DNA of 64,000 nt from PVC group bacterium (GTDB lineage Bacteria > Auribacterota > Erginobacteria > Erginobacterales > PUNC01), in assembly GCA_003551625.1 (NCBI GenBank), contig PUNC01000043.1:11027-75026 (forward strand). Direction: 5' to 3'. The position numbers and the translations under genes were made by a program. Positions 8,910 through 20,984 of the stretch are shown here, one piece after another. The notes beneath the pieces were generated by a model, which saw only the letters and a program-made list of their open reading frames with translations, made no database searches and had not been told where the DNA came from. Numbering within the stretch: position 1 is the first letter of the stretch; the number at the start of each line of letters is the position of its first letter.

Positions 8910-10336
8910 GCGAAGAGCTGAAACAACAGCGTCTGAATAAGCTTGAACAATTGCGGGCGGCCGGAGTCGATCCTTACGGGGCGAAGTTTACGCGCCGGAC
9001 CGCGGCCGCCGACTGCAGTGAAAACTTCCGGGAAGGCCGGGCGGTCCGGGTGGCGGGCCGGGTCTTCTCGCTGCGCGGCCACGGCAAGAGCGTCTTCGCC
9101 GATCTTCGCGACGCCACCGGCCGGATTCAGCTGTATTTCCGCCGCGACCGGCTCGGGGAAGGGGAGAACCTTTTGCTGCAATGCCTGGACCGGGGCGACT
9201 TCATCGGCGCCGGCGGCAAGCTTTTTCACACCCGTACCGGTGAAGTCACGGTCCAGGTTGAGGAAGCGAGAATGCTGAGCAAGTCGCTTCTTCCCCTTCC
9301 GGAGAAGTGGCACGGCCTGAAGGACCGGGAGACGCGCTACCGCCGCCGCTATCTCGATCTGCTGGTCAACGAGGAAAGCCGAGAGGTCTTTCAGGCCCGA
9401 GGCCGGGCGATCAGAGTGATCCGGCGATTTCTCGAAGAGCGGGGTTATGTCGAGGTGGAGACGCCGATGCTCCAGTCCCTGGCCGGCGGCGCCGCCGCCC
9501 GGCCCTTTCGGACGCGGTACGAGGCCCTCGATACCGATGTCTTTCTGCGGATCGCCCCGGAGCTTTTCTTAAAGCGCCTGCTGGTGGGCGGCTATGAAAA
9601 GGTTTTCGAGCTGAACCGGAACTTCCGCAACGAGGGGTTGAGCCGTTTCCACAATCCCGAGTTCACGATGTTGGAGGTTTACGAGGCTTTCGGCGACGCG
9701 AGGACGATGATGGAACTGGTCGGGGAGCTGATCGTGGCCGCGGCCCGCGAGGTCGGCGGGGGGCTGGTCCGGGGCGAGGGAGAGGGCGCGATCGATCTCA
9801 CCCCCCCCTGGCGGGAGGTGCGCTACCGGGAATTGGTGATGGAAAGGGCGGGCGGGGACTGGTTCGAGATCAGCGACGAAGGCCGGCGCGCCCGGGCGGA
9901 GTCTTTCGGCCTGGAGATTCCGCCGGAGTGGGGCGAGATCGAGATCACGCGGGAAGTTTTCGAGAAAACCATCGAAAAGACCCTGCGCGCCCCGACCTTC
10001 GTGACCCGGCTTCCTGCCGGGCTGGTTCCGCTGGCCAAACCCTGCGCCGATGACCCCGATTCGGCCGATGTCTTCGAACTGATAATCGGAGGGCTGGAGA
10101 TCGCCCCGGGATACACGGAGCTGAACGATCCGCTGGAGCAGCTCCGACGATTCCAGGTTCAGGCCGCCGGAGACTTGGAGCGGATCGACGAGGATTTTCT
10201 GACCGCGCTCGAACACGGGATGCCGCCGGCCGGCGGTATGGGCGTGGGGATCGACCGGTTGGTAATGATCCTGACCGGCGCGGCGGCGGTCAGAGACGTG
10301 ATCCTCTTCCCCCAGCTCAAGCCCCGGAAGGAATGA
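8906..10336 (+). CDS. lysS: Lysyl-tRNA synthetase, class II
   Basis: N-terminal OB anticodon-binding domain plus class II motifs (FRNEG, GMGVGIDRLVMIL). Directly downstream of prfB as in the conserved prfB-lysS pair. Confidence 0.95.
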   Translation: MSEELKQQRLNKLEQLRAAGVDPYGAKFTRRTAAADCSENFREGRAVRVAGRVFSLRGHGKSVFADLRDATGRIQLYFRRDRLGEGENLLLQCLDRGDFIGAGGKLFHTRTGEVTVQVEEARMLSKSLLPLPEKWHGLKDRETRYRRRYLDLLVNEESREVFQARGRAIRVIRRFLEERGYVEVETPMLQSLAGGAAARPFRTRYEALDTDVFLRIAPELFLKRLLVGGYEKVFELNRNFRNEGLSRFHNPEFTMLEVYEAFGDARTMMELVGELIVAAAREVGGGLVRGEGEGAIDLTPPWREVRYRELVMERAGGDWFEISDEGRRARAESFGLEIPPEWGEIEITREVFEKTIEKTLRAPTFVTRLPAGLVPLAKPCADDPDSADVFELIIGGLEIAPGYTELNDPLEQLRRFQVQAAGDLERIDEDFLTALEHGMPPAGGMGVGIDRLVMILTGAAAVRDVILFPQLKPRKE

Positions 10337-11571
10337 AGATGCTGCCTTTCACCCACTTGATAACCCTGCGCTACCTGCGTTTCCGGGGGAAGAAATCATT
10401 CATCTCCCTGATCACGGTGATCTCGATCGCCGGGGTGGCCGTCGGGGTGATGACGCTGATGGTCGTGATGTCGGTGATGAGCGGCTTCGAGGAACAGCTC
10501 AAGGACAAATTCCTCGGCATCTACGGCCACGTGGTGGTCTCTTCCGACCGTCCGATCCACGATCACGACAATCTGATTCGGAGGCTGGAAGGGCTGGAGC
10601 GGGTGGAGGCGGCGGCGCCGTTCGTGACCGGGCAGATCATCGTCCGCACCTACAACCGCGCGTTGGGTGTGAACTTAAGGGGGATCGACCCCGCCCGCGA
10701 GATCAGGGTGACCAACCTGGAGCGGTACCTGGTCGAGGGCAGCCTGGATCCGGCCGACGACGAGATCCTGATCGGCGAGCAGTTCGCGACGCTGGCCGGC
10801 CTGGGGGTGGGCGATACCGTGATCCTGGTCTCTCCCACCGAGATTCTTCTGCCGGGAGGCGGGACCCGCCGGGAGCGTTTCCGGATCGGAGGGATATTCA
10901 AGTCCGGGATGGCCCAATACGACCTGGAGATGGCTTTCGTGTCGCTTCCGGCGGCGCGGAATCTTTTCGGGATGGAAGAGGGGATCACGGGTCTGAGCCT
11001 CAAGCTCGACAACGTCGATCACGCCCACCTGGTGAGACGGGAGCTGGGAGCCTTCCTCCCCTATCCCCCTTACTACGTCCGGAGCTGGATGGAGCTCAAC
11101 CAGCCGCTTTTCAGCGCCATCCAGGTCGAGAAGAACCTGATGTTCATCATCGTCACCCTGATCATCGTGGTGGCGTCTTTCAATATCGCCAGCACTCTCA
11201 TCGTTACCGTCAAGGAGAAGACCAAGGCGATCGGGGTTCTCAAAGCGATCGGCGCCCCCGAATCGACGATCCGGAAGATCTTCACCTACCAGGGCTTGAT
11301 GATCGGCCTGATCGGGGCGGCGCTGGGGATCGCGGCCGGGCTGATCCTGATCGCCAATATCAACCACGTTCACAGCTTTCTCAATTACCGGCTGGGGATG
11401 GAAGTATTTCCCCCGGAGGTCTACTACTTCGACCGGATTCCGGCCCGGGCCGACCTCAAGGAGACCGCGGTCATCGCGCTCAGCGCGCTGGCGATCAGCG
11501 TGCTGGCTTCGCTCTGGCCCGCCTGGCAGGCCAGCCGGATGGAGCCGGTCAACGCGCTCCGCTACGAGTAG
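10333..11571 (+). CDS. lolE: Lipoprotein-releasing system permease, LolC/LolE (FtsX) family
   Basis: MacB/FtsX-like topology, N-terminal TM, large periplasmic loop, C-terminal three TMs. Followed by lolD. Confidence 0.8.
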   Translation: MKMLPFTHLITLRYLRFRGKKSFISLITVISIAGVAVGVMTLMVVMSVMSGFEEQLKDKFLGIYGHVVVSSDRPIHDHDNLIRRLEGLERVEAAAPFVTGQIIVRTYNRALGVNLRGIDPAREIRVTNLERYLVEGSLDPADDEILIGEQFATLAGLGVGDTVILVSPTEILLPGGGTRRERFRIGGIFKSGMAQYDLEMAFVSLPAARNLFGMEEGITGLSLKLDNVDHAHLVRRELGAFLPYPPYYVRSWMELNQPLFSAIQVEKNLMFIIVTLIIVVASFNIASTLIVTVKEKTKAIGVLKAIGAPESTIRKIFTYQGLMIGLIGAALGIAAGLILIANINHVHSFLNYRLGMEVFPPEVYYFDRIPARADLKETAVIALSALAISVLASLWPAWQASRMEPVNALRYE

Positions 11572-11589
11572 CGTCCCCGGGGATGGAAT

Positions 11590-12291
11590 ATGACGGAACT
11601 GCTTAAAGCCGAGAAGATCACCAAGAGCTACCGGGTGGGGGAGAGGAGGCTGACGGTGCTCAAGAGCGTGGATTTCTCGGTTTCCGAGGGGGAGATCGTC
11701 GCGATCTCCGGACCCTCCGGGGCCGGGAAGAGCACCCTGGTTCACATCCTGGGCCTGCTCGATCATTCCGACTCCGGCCGGGTCTTACTGCGCGGGAAGG
11801 AGCTGTCGCGCCTCTCCGGCCGCGCCCGTTCCCGGATCAGGAACCGGGAGATCGGTTTTGTCTTCCAGTTTTTTTACCTCCTGCCGGAGTTCACCGCCTG
11901 GGAGAACGTGGTCCTCCCGATGATGATCTCCGGCGCCTCCGCCCGCCGCCGGCTGAAGGAGACGGCCTTCACCCTCCTCGAGCAGGTCGGCCTGAAGGAG
12001 AGGTCTCAGCACTATCCTTCCCAGCTGTCGGGGGGGGAGCAGCAGCGGGTGGCGATCTGCCGGGCCCTGGTCAACCGCCCGGCGATCCTGCTGGCCGATG
12101 AGCCGACCGGCAATCTCGACACCGCCGCCAGCCGGGAGATTCTCGATCTTCTGCTCCGTTTCAACCGCCGCGACGGCCTGTCGGTGGTGGTTGTCTCCCA
12201 TAACCCGCAGGTCGCCGACTGGGCCCCGCGCGCGATCAGCCTTCGCGACGGGATGGTGGTCGCCGGCGGTCTTGAAAGGGCGAGGGTTTGA
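11590..12291 (+). CDS. lolD: Lipoprotein-releasing system ATP-binding protein
   Basis: ABC ATPase motifs: Walker A GPSGAGKST, signature LSGGEQQRV, Walker B ILLADEPTGNLD. Confidence 0.85.
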   Translation: MTELLKAEKITKSYRVGERRLTVLKSVDFSVSEGEIVAISGPSGAGKSTLVHILGLLDHSDSGRVLLRGKELSRLSGRARSRIRNREIGFVFQFFYLLPEFTAWENVVLPMMISGASARRRLKETAFTLLEQVGLKERSQHYPSQLSGGEQQRVAICRALVNRPAILLADEPTGNLDTAASREILDLLLRFNRRDGLSVVVVSHNPQVADWAPRAISLRDGMVVAGGLERARV

Positions 12292-12323
12292 GAGTAGGAT
12301 GAGCCGATGACGAAACCCGGACC

Positions 12324-12380
12324 GGGGGAAAGACGGATTCCAGATTCGAGATTGGAGATATCGGTTATGCTCCGCAGCCA
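12324..12380. repeat. Repeat module D (GGGGGAAAGACGGATTCCAGATTCGAGATTGGAGATATCGGTTATGCTCCGCAGCC)
   Basis: Paralogous copies at 7303-7330 plus 7372-7407 (with a 41-bp insertion) and at 5648-5682 (abutting the lnt start). Fragment GACGGATTCCAG at 1222-1233. Confidence 0.75.
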
Positions 12381-12435
12381 GGTAAAGGACCGTAATCAGT
12401 GATCGGTGATCCGTGATCCGGGGAAGGCCCAGTCC
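12366..12435. repeat. Unit X copy with an internal deletion removing the hairpin
   Basis: Identical flanks to 12478-12587 but lacking tcccgacttaagactgtcgggatctccgcttcgctacga. Confidence 0.75.
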
Positions 12436-12450
12436 CTCTTCCCCTATTTA

Positions 12451-12476
12451 GACAGGATAACAGGATCGACAGGATA
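12451..12476. repeat. Three tandem ACAGGAT(A) octamers
   Basis: acaggataacaggatcgacaggata. Confidence 0.7.
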
Positions 12477-12477
12477 A

Positions 12478-12587
12478 AATGCTCCGCAGCCAGGTAAAGG
12501 ACCGTAATCAGTGATCGGTCCCGACTTAAGACTGTCGGGATCTCCGCTTCGCTACGATGATCCGTGATCCGGGAAAGGCCCAGTCCC
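12478..12587. repeat. Full unit X copy (hairpin 12518-12539)
   Basis: About 95% identical to 7511-7619. Confidence 0.8.
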
Positions 12588-12601
12588 TCGGACCCATAAT
12601 A

Positions 12602-12675
12602 AAGGACGCAAAGAGCATAGCGCATAGGGCATAGCGAATAGAAAGAAAGGACGCAGAGCGTATAGAGCATAGGGT
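12602..12675. repeat. GCATAG micro-tandem (4-5 copies) within a duplicated AAGGACGCA.AG.GC.TAG motif
   Basis: gcatag at 12615, 12622, 12629 and 12666. Direct repeat 12602-12621 versus 12647-12672. Confidence 0.6.
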
Positions 12676-12749
12676 TGAAAGAGAATGTCGACCCGCAAAT
12701 TTATCCCGCGATAGCAGTGGCTATTTTGCGGGAGCGAGGCCGCGGGTTA

Positions 12750-12885
12750 AAAATGTCCAATTCCCAATGTTCAATGTCGAGGGAGTCGCCCCAATTAGCC
12801 CGCACTCTTTAACGTACTCTTGCACATACTCTTAAACATACTCTTGCACGTACTTGAACCGGGTTATTCATAATTCATTCGGGCT
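12750..12885. repeat. Composite intergenic element: module B (AATGTCCAATTCCCAATGTTCAATGTCGAGGGAGTCGCCCCAATTAGCCCG) + 12-mer TACTCTT(A/G)CAC(A/G) tandem array + module E
   Basis: Second full copy at 2131-2275 (about 90% identity). Partial copies at 1221-1318 and 57565-57624. Confidence 0.8.
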
Positions 12886-12924
12886 GACAGCCTGATCGAG
12901 CGTTTTTAAAAGGGAGAAGGCAAG

Positions 12925-13800
12925 ATGCAGATCTACATCAACGGGGAGTATTTCGACAAGGAAGACGCGAAAATATCCGTCTTCGACCACGGCCTGCTCT
13001 ACGGCGACGGCGTTTTCGAGGGAATCCGGGTTTACAACCGGAAGGTCTTCAAATGCCGCGAGCACCTGGAACGGCTCTACGAATCGGCCAAGTCGATCGA
13101 TCTCAAAATCCCCCTCGGGATCGAAGAGCTGGAGGCCGATATGCTGGAGACGGTCAGGAGGAGCGAACTGGATGAAGCGTATATCCGGCTGGTGGTAACC
13201 CGGGGTGAAGGCTGCCTGGGCATCAACCCCTACACCTGCGGGATTCCCCAGATAATCATAATCGTCGACAAGATCGCCCTTTATCATCCGGATTTTTACA
13301 AGAAGGGGCTTTCCCTGATCACGGTCGCCACCCAGCGCAATCTTCCCGAAGCGGTAAATCCCCGGATAAAGTCGCTCAATTACCTCAACAACATCCTGGC
13401 CAAGATCGAGGCGGTCAACGCCGGGGTCGAGGAGGCGATTATGCTCAATTCCTTCGGCCTGGTCTCGGAATGCGCCGGGGACAATATATTCGCGATCCGC
13501 AAGGGGCTGCTGATGACCCCTTCGATCAGTATGGGGGTGCTGGAAGGGATCACCCGCAACGAGGTGATCCGGCTCGCCCGGGCCAAGGGCATCGAGGTCC
13601 GCCAGCTGGTTATGACCCGGCACGACCTGTTCATCGCCGATGAATGCTTCCTCACCGGAACCGGGGCCGAGATCGTTCCGGTGATCAAGATCGACGGACG
13701 AACGATCGGGGACGGAAAACCGGGGCCGGTCACCCGGGGATTGATGGAGGATTACCACCGCCTGACCCGCGAGGAAGGGACTCCCGTTCCGCGGGATTGA
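12925..13800 (+). CDS. Class IV (fold type IV) PLP aminotransferase: branched-chain amino acid or D-amino acid aminotransferase
   Basis: 291 aa. N-terminal YINGEYFDKEDAKISVFDHGLLYGDGVFEGIRVY and catalytic-lysine region typical of IlvE/Dat. Confidence 0.75.
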   Translation: MQIYINGEYFDKEDAKISVFDHGLLYGDGVFEGIRVYNRKVFKCREHLERLYESAKSIDLKIPLGIEELEADMLETVRRSELDEAYIRLVVTRGEGCLGINPYTCGIPQIIIIVDKIALYHPDFYKKGLSLITVATQRNLPEAVNPRIKSLNYLNNILAKIEAVNAGVEEAIMLNSFGLVSECAGDNIFAIRKGLLMTPSISMGVLEGITRNEVIRLARAKGIEVRQLVMTRHDLFIADECFLTGTGAEIVPVIKIDGRTIGDGKPGPVTRGLMEDYHRLTREEGTPVPRD

Positions 13801-13850
13801 AGGCCGGAGACGCCTCCTCCGGGGAGGGATCTTCGATCGAGAACAGAACG

Positions 13851-14387
13851 ATGCTCTGCGCCGCCTGCAAAAAAAAAGAAGCCACCGTCCATTTCACCGA
13901 GATTACCGATGACAAGATCGTCAAGCTGCATCTCTGCGAGGATTGCTCCCGGGAGAAGGGGCTGGGCGAGGAGAGTTCCCCGGAGATCCACGATCTTTTG
14001 TCCAGCCTGGCCGAGATCAAGACCCTTCCCGGACAGGAAGATACCCGGTGTCCCGACTGCGGAATCGGCTTCGCGGATTTTCGCAAGGAAGGCCGCCTGG
14101 GTTGCGCGGGATGTTATCGGGCCTTCTCGGACGGCCTGGTCTCGCTGATCTCCAATATCCAGCACCAAACCCGGCACACCGGGAAAACCCCGGCCGCTTT
14201 CCGGCATCTCAAGCCGGCTCCCGACCTGAACCGGCTCAAGGCCGATCTGAACCGGGCGATCCGGGAGGAGGATTTCGAGGCCGCCGCCCGGCTGCGGGAT
14301 CGGATCCGGGAACTGAAAAAGAAACCTCCGCCTCCGCCCGGGGACGATCCGGCCCCGCCCCCGAAAGGTGATCCCGATGGGGATTGA
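13851..14387 (+). CDS. mcsA: McsA-like activator of protein arginine kinase (Zn-finger CxxC pairs + UVR motif)
   Basis: Internal ATG at 13851 (MLCAACKKKEATVHF...). The longer ORF from 13644 overlaps the aminotransferase and is low-complexity. CxxC x4 and C-terminal EEDFEAAARLRDRIRELKKK (UVR). Overlaps mcsB start. Confidence 0.7.
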   Translation: MLCAACKKKEATVHFTEITDDKIVKLHLCEDCSREKGLGEESSPEIHDLLSSLAEIKTLPGQEDTRCPDCGIGFADFRKEGRLGCAGCYRAFSDGLVSLISNIQHQTRHTGKTPAAFRHLKPAPDLNRLKADLNRAIREEDFEAAARLRDRIRELKKKPPPPPGDDPAPPPKGDPDGD

Positions 14388-15432
14388 CAGTCTCCTCCGT
14401 CAGACCACGGAATGGCTCAAGGGAACCGGGCCCGAGGCCGAGATCGCCATCTCCAGCCGTCTCCGGCTGGCCCGGAATATCCGGGGAATAAAGTTTTCCC
14501 GGAGGGCCTCCCCCGAAATCCGGCGCCGGGTCCTGAAGCTGGTGGGGACGGCGGCCGAAGCCTGCGAAACGCTGCGCGGGGCGCTGACGGTGGAGTTGGA
14601 AAAGCGCCCCCCGATCGACCGGCAGCTGCTCGTGGAGCGCCACCTGATCAGCCGCGACCTTTCCCCCGAGACCCAGGGAGCGGTGATCGTGGGGAGCGGC
14701 GAGGTGGTCAGCCTGATGATCAACGAGGAGGACCATCTCCGGATCCAGGTTCTGCAGTCGGGCCTCCAGCTGAAAAACTGCTGGAAGCTGGCCGACCGCG
14801 TCGATTCCGAGCTGGAGAAGAACCTTAAGTACGAGTTCTCCCCGGAATACGGATACCTGACGGCCTGTCCCACCAACGTGGGGACCGGTATCCGCGCTTC
14901 GGTGATGCTTCACCTTCCGGCCCTGGTCATCAACAAGCAGATCAGCCAGGTCCTGCAGGGCGTCCACAAACTCGGTATGGCGATCAGGGGCACCTGGGGC
15001 GAGGGAACCCAGGCGGCGGGGAATATGTTCCAGATATCCAACCAGATAACCCTGGGAAAAACCGAGGAGGCCATAGTCTCCGAGCTGGAACGGATCATCA
15101 TCAAGATCGTCGCTTACGAGAAGCAGGCCCGGGATCTCCTCCTGAAATCGTCTTCACCCCGGCTCGAGGACCGGGTCTGGCGGGCGTTGGGCGTTCTGAA
15201 GAACGCCCGCCTGATATCTTCCGAGGAGACCCTGGAGCTGCTCTCTTCGCTGCGGGTGGGGGTCAACCTCGGCATTCTCAAGAAAATCACCCGGGCGGCG
15301 GTCAACGAGCTTTTCATCCACACCCGCCCCGCGCACCTCCAGAAAATGGCGGGGAAGCTGTTGACGTCGGAAGAGCGCGACCTGCTCCGCGCCCGCCTGA
15401 TCAGGGAAAAACTCGCGGCGGAGGCCGGGTAA
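14368..15432 (+). CDS. mcsB: Protein arginine kinase McsB (ATP:guanido phosphotransferase)
   Basis: Phosphagen-kinase catalytic motifs, including CPTNVGTGIRASVMLHLPAL. 354 aa. Confidence 0.85.
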   Translation: MIPMGIDSLLRQTTEWLKGTGPEAEIAISSRLRLARNIRGIKFSRRASPEIRRRVLKLVGTAAEACETLRGALTVELEKRPPIDRQLLVERHLISRDLSPETQGAVIVGSGEVVSLMINEEDHLRIQVLQSGLQLKNCWKLADRVDSELEKNLKYEFSPEYGYLTACPTNVGTGIRASVMLHLPALVINKQISQVLQGVHKLGMAIRGTWGEGTQAAGNMFQISNQITLGKTEEAIVSELERIIIKIVAYEKQARDLLLKSSSPRLEDRVWRALGVLKNARLISSEETLELLSSLRVGVNLGILKKITRAAVNELFIHTRPAHLQKMAGKLLTSEERDLLRARLIREKLAAEAG

Positions 15433-15514
15433 GGAAACCGCCGCGAACAGCGGCGCGCCTGGAGCCGGGGTCCGGGTTGGCGGTTGAATCACCCCATTAC
15501 GCCCCTTCTTTCTT

Positions 15515-17110
15515 ATGAAAAGCATCGTAGAAAAGAACGGTATTCGGATCCTGGCCGGGGGGCTGGTCTTTCTCCTGGCGGCGACGGTCTCCTGTGTCCG
15601 CCCTTCCGCCCCGGCGCGGATCACCATCGTGGGCACCAACGACATTCACGGTGTTCTCTGGCCGGTGGCCGCCTTCTGGCGGGAGACCCCCGATCCGCCG
15701 CCGGTCGGCGGCTTCGCGGCGCTGTCTTATTACGTCAACCGGGTCCGGGAGGAAAGAGAGAACGTCATCGTCCTCGACGCCGGAGATTTCTTCCAGGGGA
15801 CGCCGGAAGGAAACTTAAGCCTGGGGATGATCCCGCTGGCGGCGATGAACCGGATCGGATACGACGCGCTGGCCCTGGGGAACCACGAGTTCGATTTCGG
15901 GGTGGAGCCGGTGGTCGAACTGGCCGCCGCGGCCGACTTTCCCTTTTTGGCCGCCAATCTCAAGGTCGTCGATCCCGCGCTGCCCGACTTCTTCCGCGAC
16001 TATGCGATCATTGAAGCGGAGGGAGTCCGGATCCTGGTTATCGGCGTCATCACCCCGAATCTTTTTTACGTTACCGAGCCGGATCTGACCGGCTTGCTCT
16101 CCGTCGGCGAAGTCGAGCGGGCCGTTTCCCGGGTGATGGAGGAGACGGCGGGCGAGTGGGAGGTCTGCGTGGTCTTGAGCCATATCGGTTTCGAGGGGGA
16201 CCGGGAGCTGGCGGCGGCGGTGGAGGGAATCGATTTCATCGTCGGGGGCCACTCCCACACCGGCCTGACCGAACCGGTCGCCGTCGGCTCCACCCTGATT
16301 ACCCAGACCTTCGGCCGAAACACCACGGTCTCGGTGCTGACTTTCGGCTTCTGCCGTCGGGAGGGGAGCGTTACCACCGTCGATTACGAGCTGATCGAGC
16401 TGGATTACGCCGAAGGCACGCGCGACCCGGAGATGGAGGCCTTCCTGGAAGAGGCGACCGCGGAGATCCGGGCGCGGATGGATGTCGAGATCGCCCGGGC
16501 CGCCGAGGGTCTGAACCGGGGCCGGGATTTAAAATCCTCCCCCCTGGGCAGTTTCGTGGCCGATGCCATCCGGGAGGCGGCGGGCGCCGACCTCGCCTTT
16601 CAAAACCGGGCGGGAGTTCGCGCCGACCTTCCGGCGGGGGCGGTCACCCGGCGGCGGGTCTTCGAGATCTCTCCGTTCGAGAATACCGCGGTCGCGGCCG
16701 AGTTGACCGGGGCCGAGCTGGCGGAGCTGATCGGCCATCTGTTCCGGCGGGAAGGCTACGCGCACGATTTCTCCGACGGCGTGCTGATAACGGTCGATCC
16801 CGATTCCACGGGCGCCGACCGGATCGTGGAGATAAGCTGGGAGGGCCGGCCGCTCCGGCCCGATCGCCGCTACCGGGTGGCGACCAACTCGTTTCTTGCC
16901 GCCTCCCTCTCCCGCCGGCTTCCGCCGGACCGGGCCGTCGAGTTCAAGGACACCGGGATTCCGGTCCGCCGGGCCCTGGAGCGCTCAATAGGCGCCCGGC
17001 CGGAGTTCTCCTACGAGTTCAAGCCCCGGGTGAGAGGATTGAACGAGGAGCCGGGCGGGGAGTCTATAATGGAGCCGATTGAAATCGCCCCCGAAAGGGG
17101 GGTATACTGA
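15515..17110 (+). CDS. Lipoprotein 5'-nucleotidase / metallophosphoesterase (UshA-like)
   Basis: Signal peptide with Cys. Calcineurin-like motifs GTNDIHG, LDAGDFFQGTP, GNHEFDFG, and a 5'-nucleotidase C-terminal domain. Confidence 0.75.
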   Translation: MKSIVEKNGIRILAGGLVFLLAATVSCVRPSAPARITIVGTNDIHGVLWPVAAFWRETPDPPPVGGFAALSYYVNRVREERENVIVLDAGDFFQGTPEGNLSLGMIPLAAMNRIGYDALALGNHEFDFGVEPVVELAAAADFPFLAANLKVVDPALPDFFRDYAIIEAEGVRILVIGVITPNLFYVTEPDLTGLLSVGEVERAVSRVMEETAGEWEVCVVLSHIGFEGDRELAAAVEGIDFIVGGHSHTGLTEPVAVGSTLITQTFGRNTTVSVLTFGFCRREGSVTTVDYELIELDYAEGTRDPEMEAFLEEATAEIRARMDVEIARAAEGLNRGRDLKSSPLGSFVADAIREAAGADLAFQNRAGVRADLPAGAVTRRRVFEISPFENTAVAAELTGAELAELIGHLFRREGYAHDFSDGVLITVDPDSTGADRIVEISWEGRPLRPDRRYRVATNSFLAASLSRRLPPDRAVEFKDTGIPVRRALERSIGARPEFSYEFKPRVRGLNEEPGGESIMEPIEIAPERGVY

Positions 17111-17177
17111 AACGGCGGGCGGCCGGAAACCGGCCCCTTTCTTATTCCGAACACCGAGATAAAACGGAGGTAACGAG

Positions 17178-19652
<2,475 letters not shown>

Positions 19653-19673
19653 AACAGTTCAACCGTTACACTG

Positions 19674-20984
19674 ATGAAGACGGGAATCGTTATCCGGGTT
19701 ACGGTATTATTCGCCGCCCTGGGACCGATTTTAGGCTTGACGTCTTTCCATCGGGCGGTGTTCGCCGGGGCGGATATCCTTGTCTCCTCCGTTCTGCCTC
19801 CCGAGATCGAGGAAGAGATTTTCGAACTCAAGCTGGGCGCCTCCCGTTATCCCCAGCGGGCTTCCCGCTATCGCCACCGGATCGCCCGGCTTTACCGGGA
19901 AGCCGGTTTTCCCCAGCGCGCGATCTTCGAGTACCGGATGGACGCGATCCTCGCTCCGGAACGGGCCTCCGTCTCCCACCGCCGGATCGCGGAGATTTAC
20001 GAAGAGATGGGGGAGACGGAATTGGCCGCCCGGGAGTTCGAGCTTTCCCGGGCCGCCCGCCCGCCGACCCAGCGGGAAGAACGCCGCCGCCGGCTGCGGC
20101 AATGGGAAGAAGACGAAAGATTCGAGGACCTGCTTCAAGAATACCGGTATCTGCTTCACACCTCCCCGGATTCCGCCCGGGCCGGCTACCTGGAGCGGAT
20201 CGCGGAGCTGCTCCAGAGAATGGGGCGGGAAGAGCAAGCGCTTGATTACTACCGGGAGCTGACCGAGTTTTACCAGCGCTTGGCCGAGGAAAACCCGGAC
20301 CGGGAGTCCCGGTACCGGTTCCGGATCTCCCGGGTCTATCAGCGTGCCGGCCTGACGGAAGAATCCTTGCGGGAGTTGTCCGATCTGACCGAAGAGGGAG
20401 GGGAGGACGGGGTCCGGGCCGGCCTGGAGCTCGCGTCCCGCCTGAGAAGGGAAGGGGACCTGGAAGGAGCGCTGGCCGCCGCCCGCGCCGCGGCGGAAGA
20501 AGAGTCCCCAATGCGCTGGACCGCCTACGAGCGGATCGCCGAGATTCTCGACCGCCTGGGCAGGGAAGAGCAGGCGCGGGCGGCCCGCACCCGCGCGGTC
20601 GATCTCCTGGCCGCGGATGAAACGGTTTACGAGAACGAGCGCCTTCTGCGCCGGCTGGCCCGCCTGAAGGAGAGGGCGGGAAGAGAGGAAGAGGCTCGGG
20701 GCCTCTATGAGCGGCTGGCCGGACTCTATCACGACCGCCTGTCCGATCAACCCGCCTCCGCCCATCTTCTCCACCGCCGGCTGGCCGATCTCTATCTGAG
20801 GATGGAGCGCTACCGCCGGGCGGAAGAACACTATCTGGAAGTGCTCCGCCTCGAACCCCGGTCGGCCGCCGCTCACCTTTTTCTCTCCCGCCTCTACCGG
20901 GACCATCTCGGCGACGAAGAAGCGGCCGAGACCTACTACCGCCGCTACCAGGCCCTGGTGGCTCCCACCCCGGCGGCGCCCTGA
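19674..20984 (+). CDS. Hypothetical Arg/Glu-rich TPR-like repeat protein with N-terminal signal or TM segment
   Basis: Repeated ~34-aa helical motifs (RIAELYxxxG...). No catalytic motif recognised. Confidence 0.5.
   Translation: MKTGIVIRVTVLFAALGPILGLTSFHRAVFAGADILVSSVLPPEIEEEIFELKLGASRYPQRASRYRHRIARLYREAGFPQRAIFEYRMDAILAPERASVSHRRIAEIYEEMGETELAAREFELSRAARPPTQREERRRRLRQWEEDERFEDLLQEYRYLLHTSPDSARAGYLERIAELLQRMGREEQALDYYRELTEFYQRLAEENPDRESRYRFRISRVYQRAGLTEESLRELSDLTEEGGEDGVRAGLELASRLRREGDLEGALAAARAAAEEESPMRWTAYERIAEILDRLGREEQARAARTRAVDLLAADETVYENERLLRRLARLKERAGREEEARGLYERLAGLYHDRLSDQPASAHLLHRRLADLYLRMERYRRAEEHYLEVLRLEPRSAAAHLFLSRLYRDHLGDEEAAETYYRRYQALVAPTPAAP

Noticed and set aside
13644-13850. 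N-terminal extension of the mcsA ORF (start 13644) overlapping the aminotransferase 3' end
   Set aside because: The extension is Arg/Gly low-complexity and overlaps a good gene. The McsA homology starts at the internal ATG 13851.
13800-13850. Search for a CtsR operator (tandem GGTCAAA heptads) upstream of mcsA
   Set aside because: No such motif was seen; only a GC-rich hairpin (ggagacgcctcctcc) is present.
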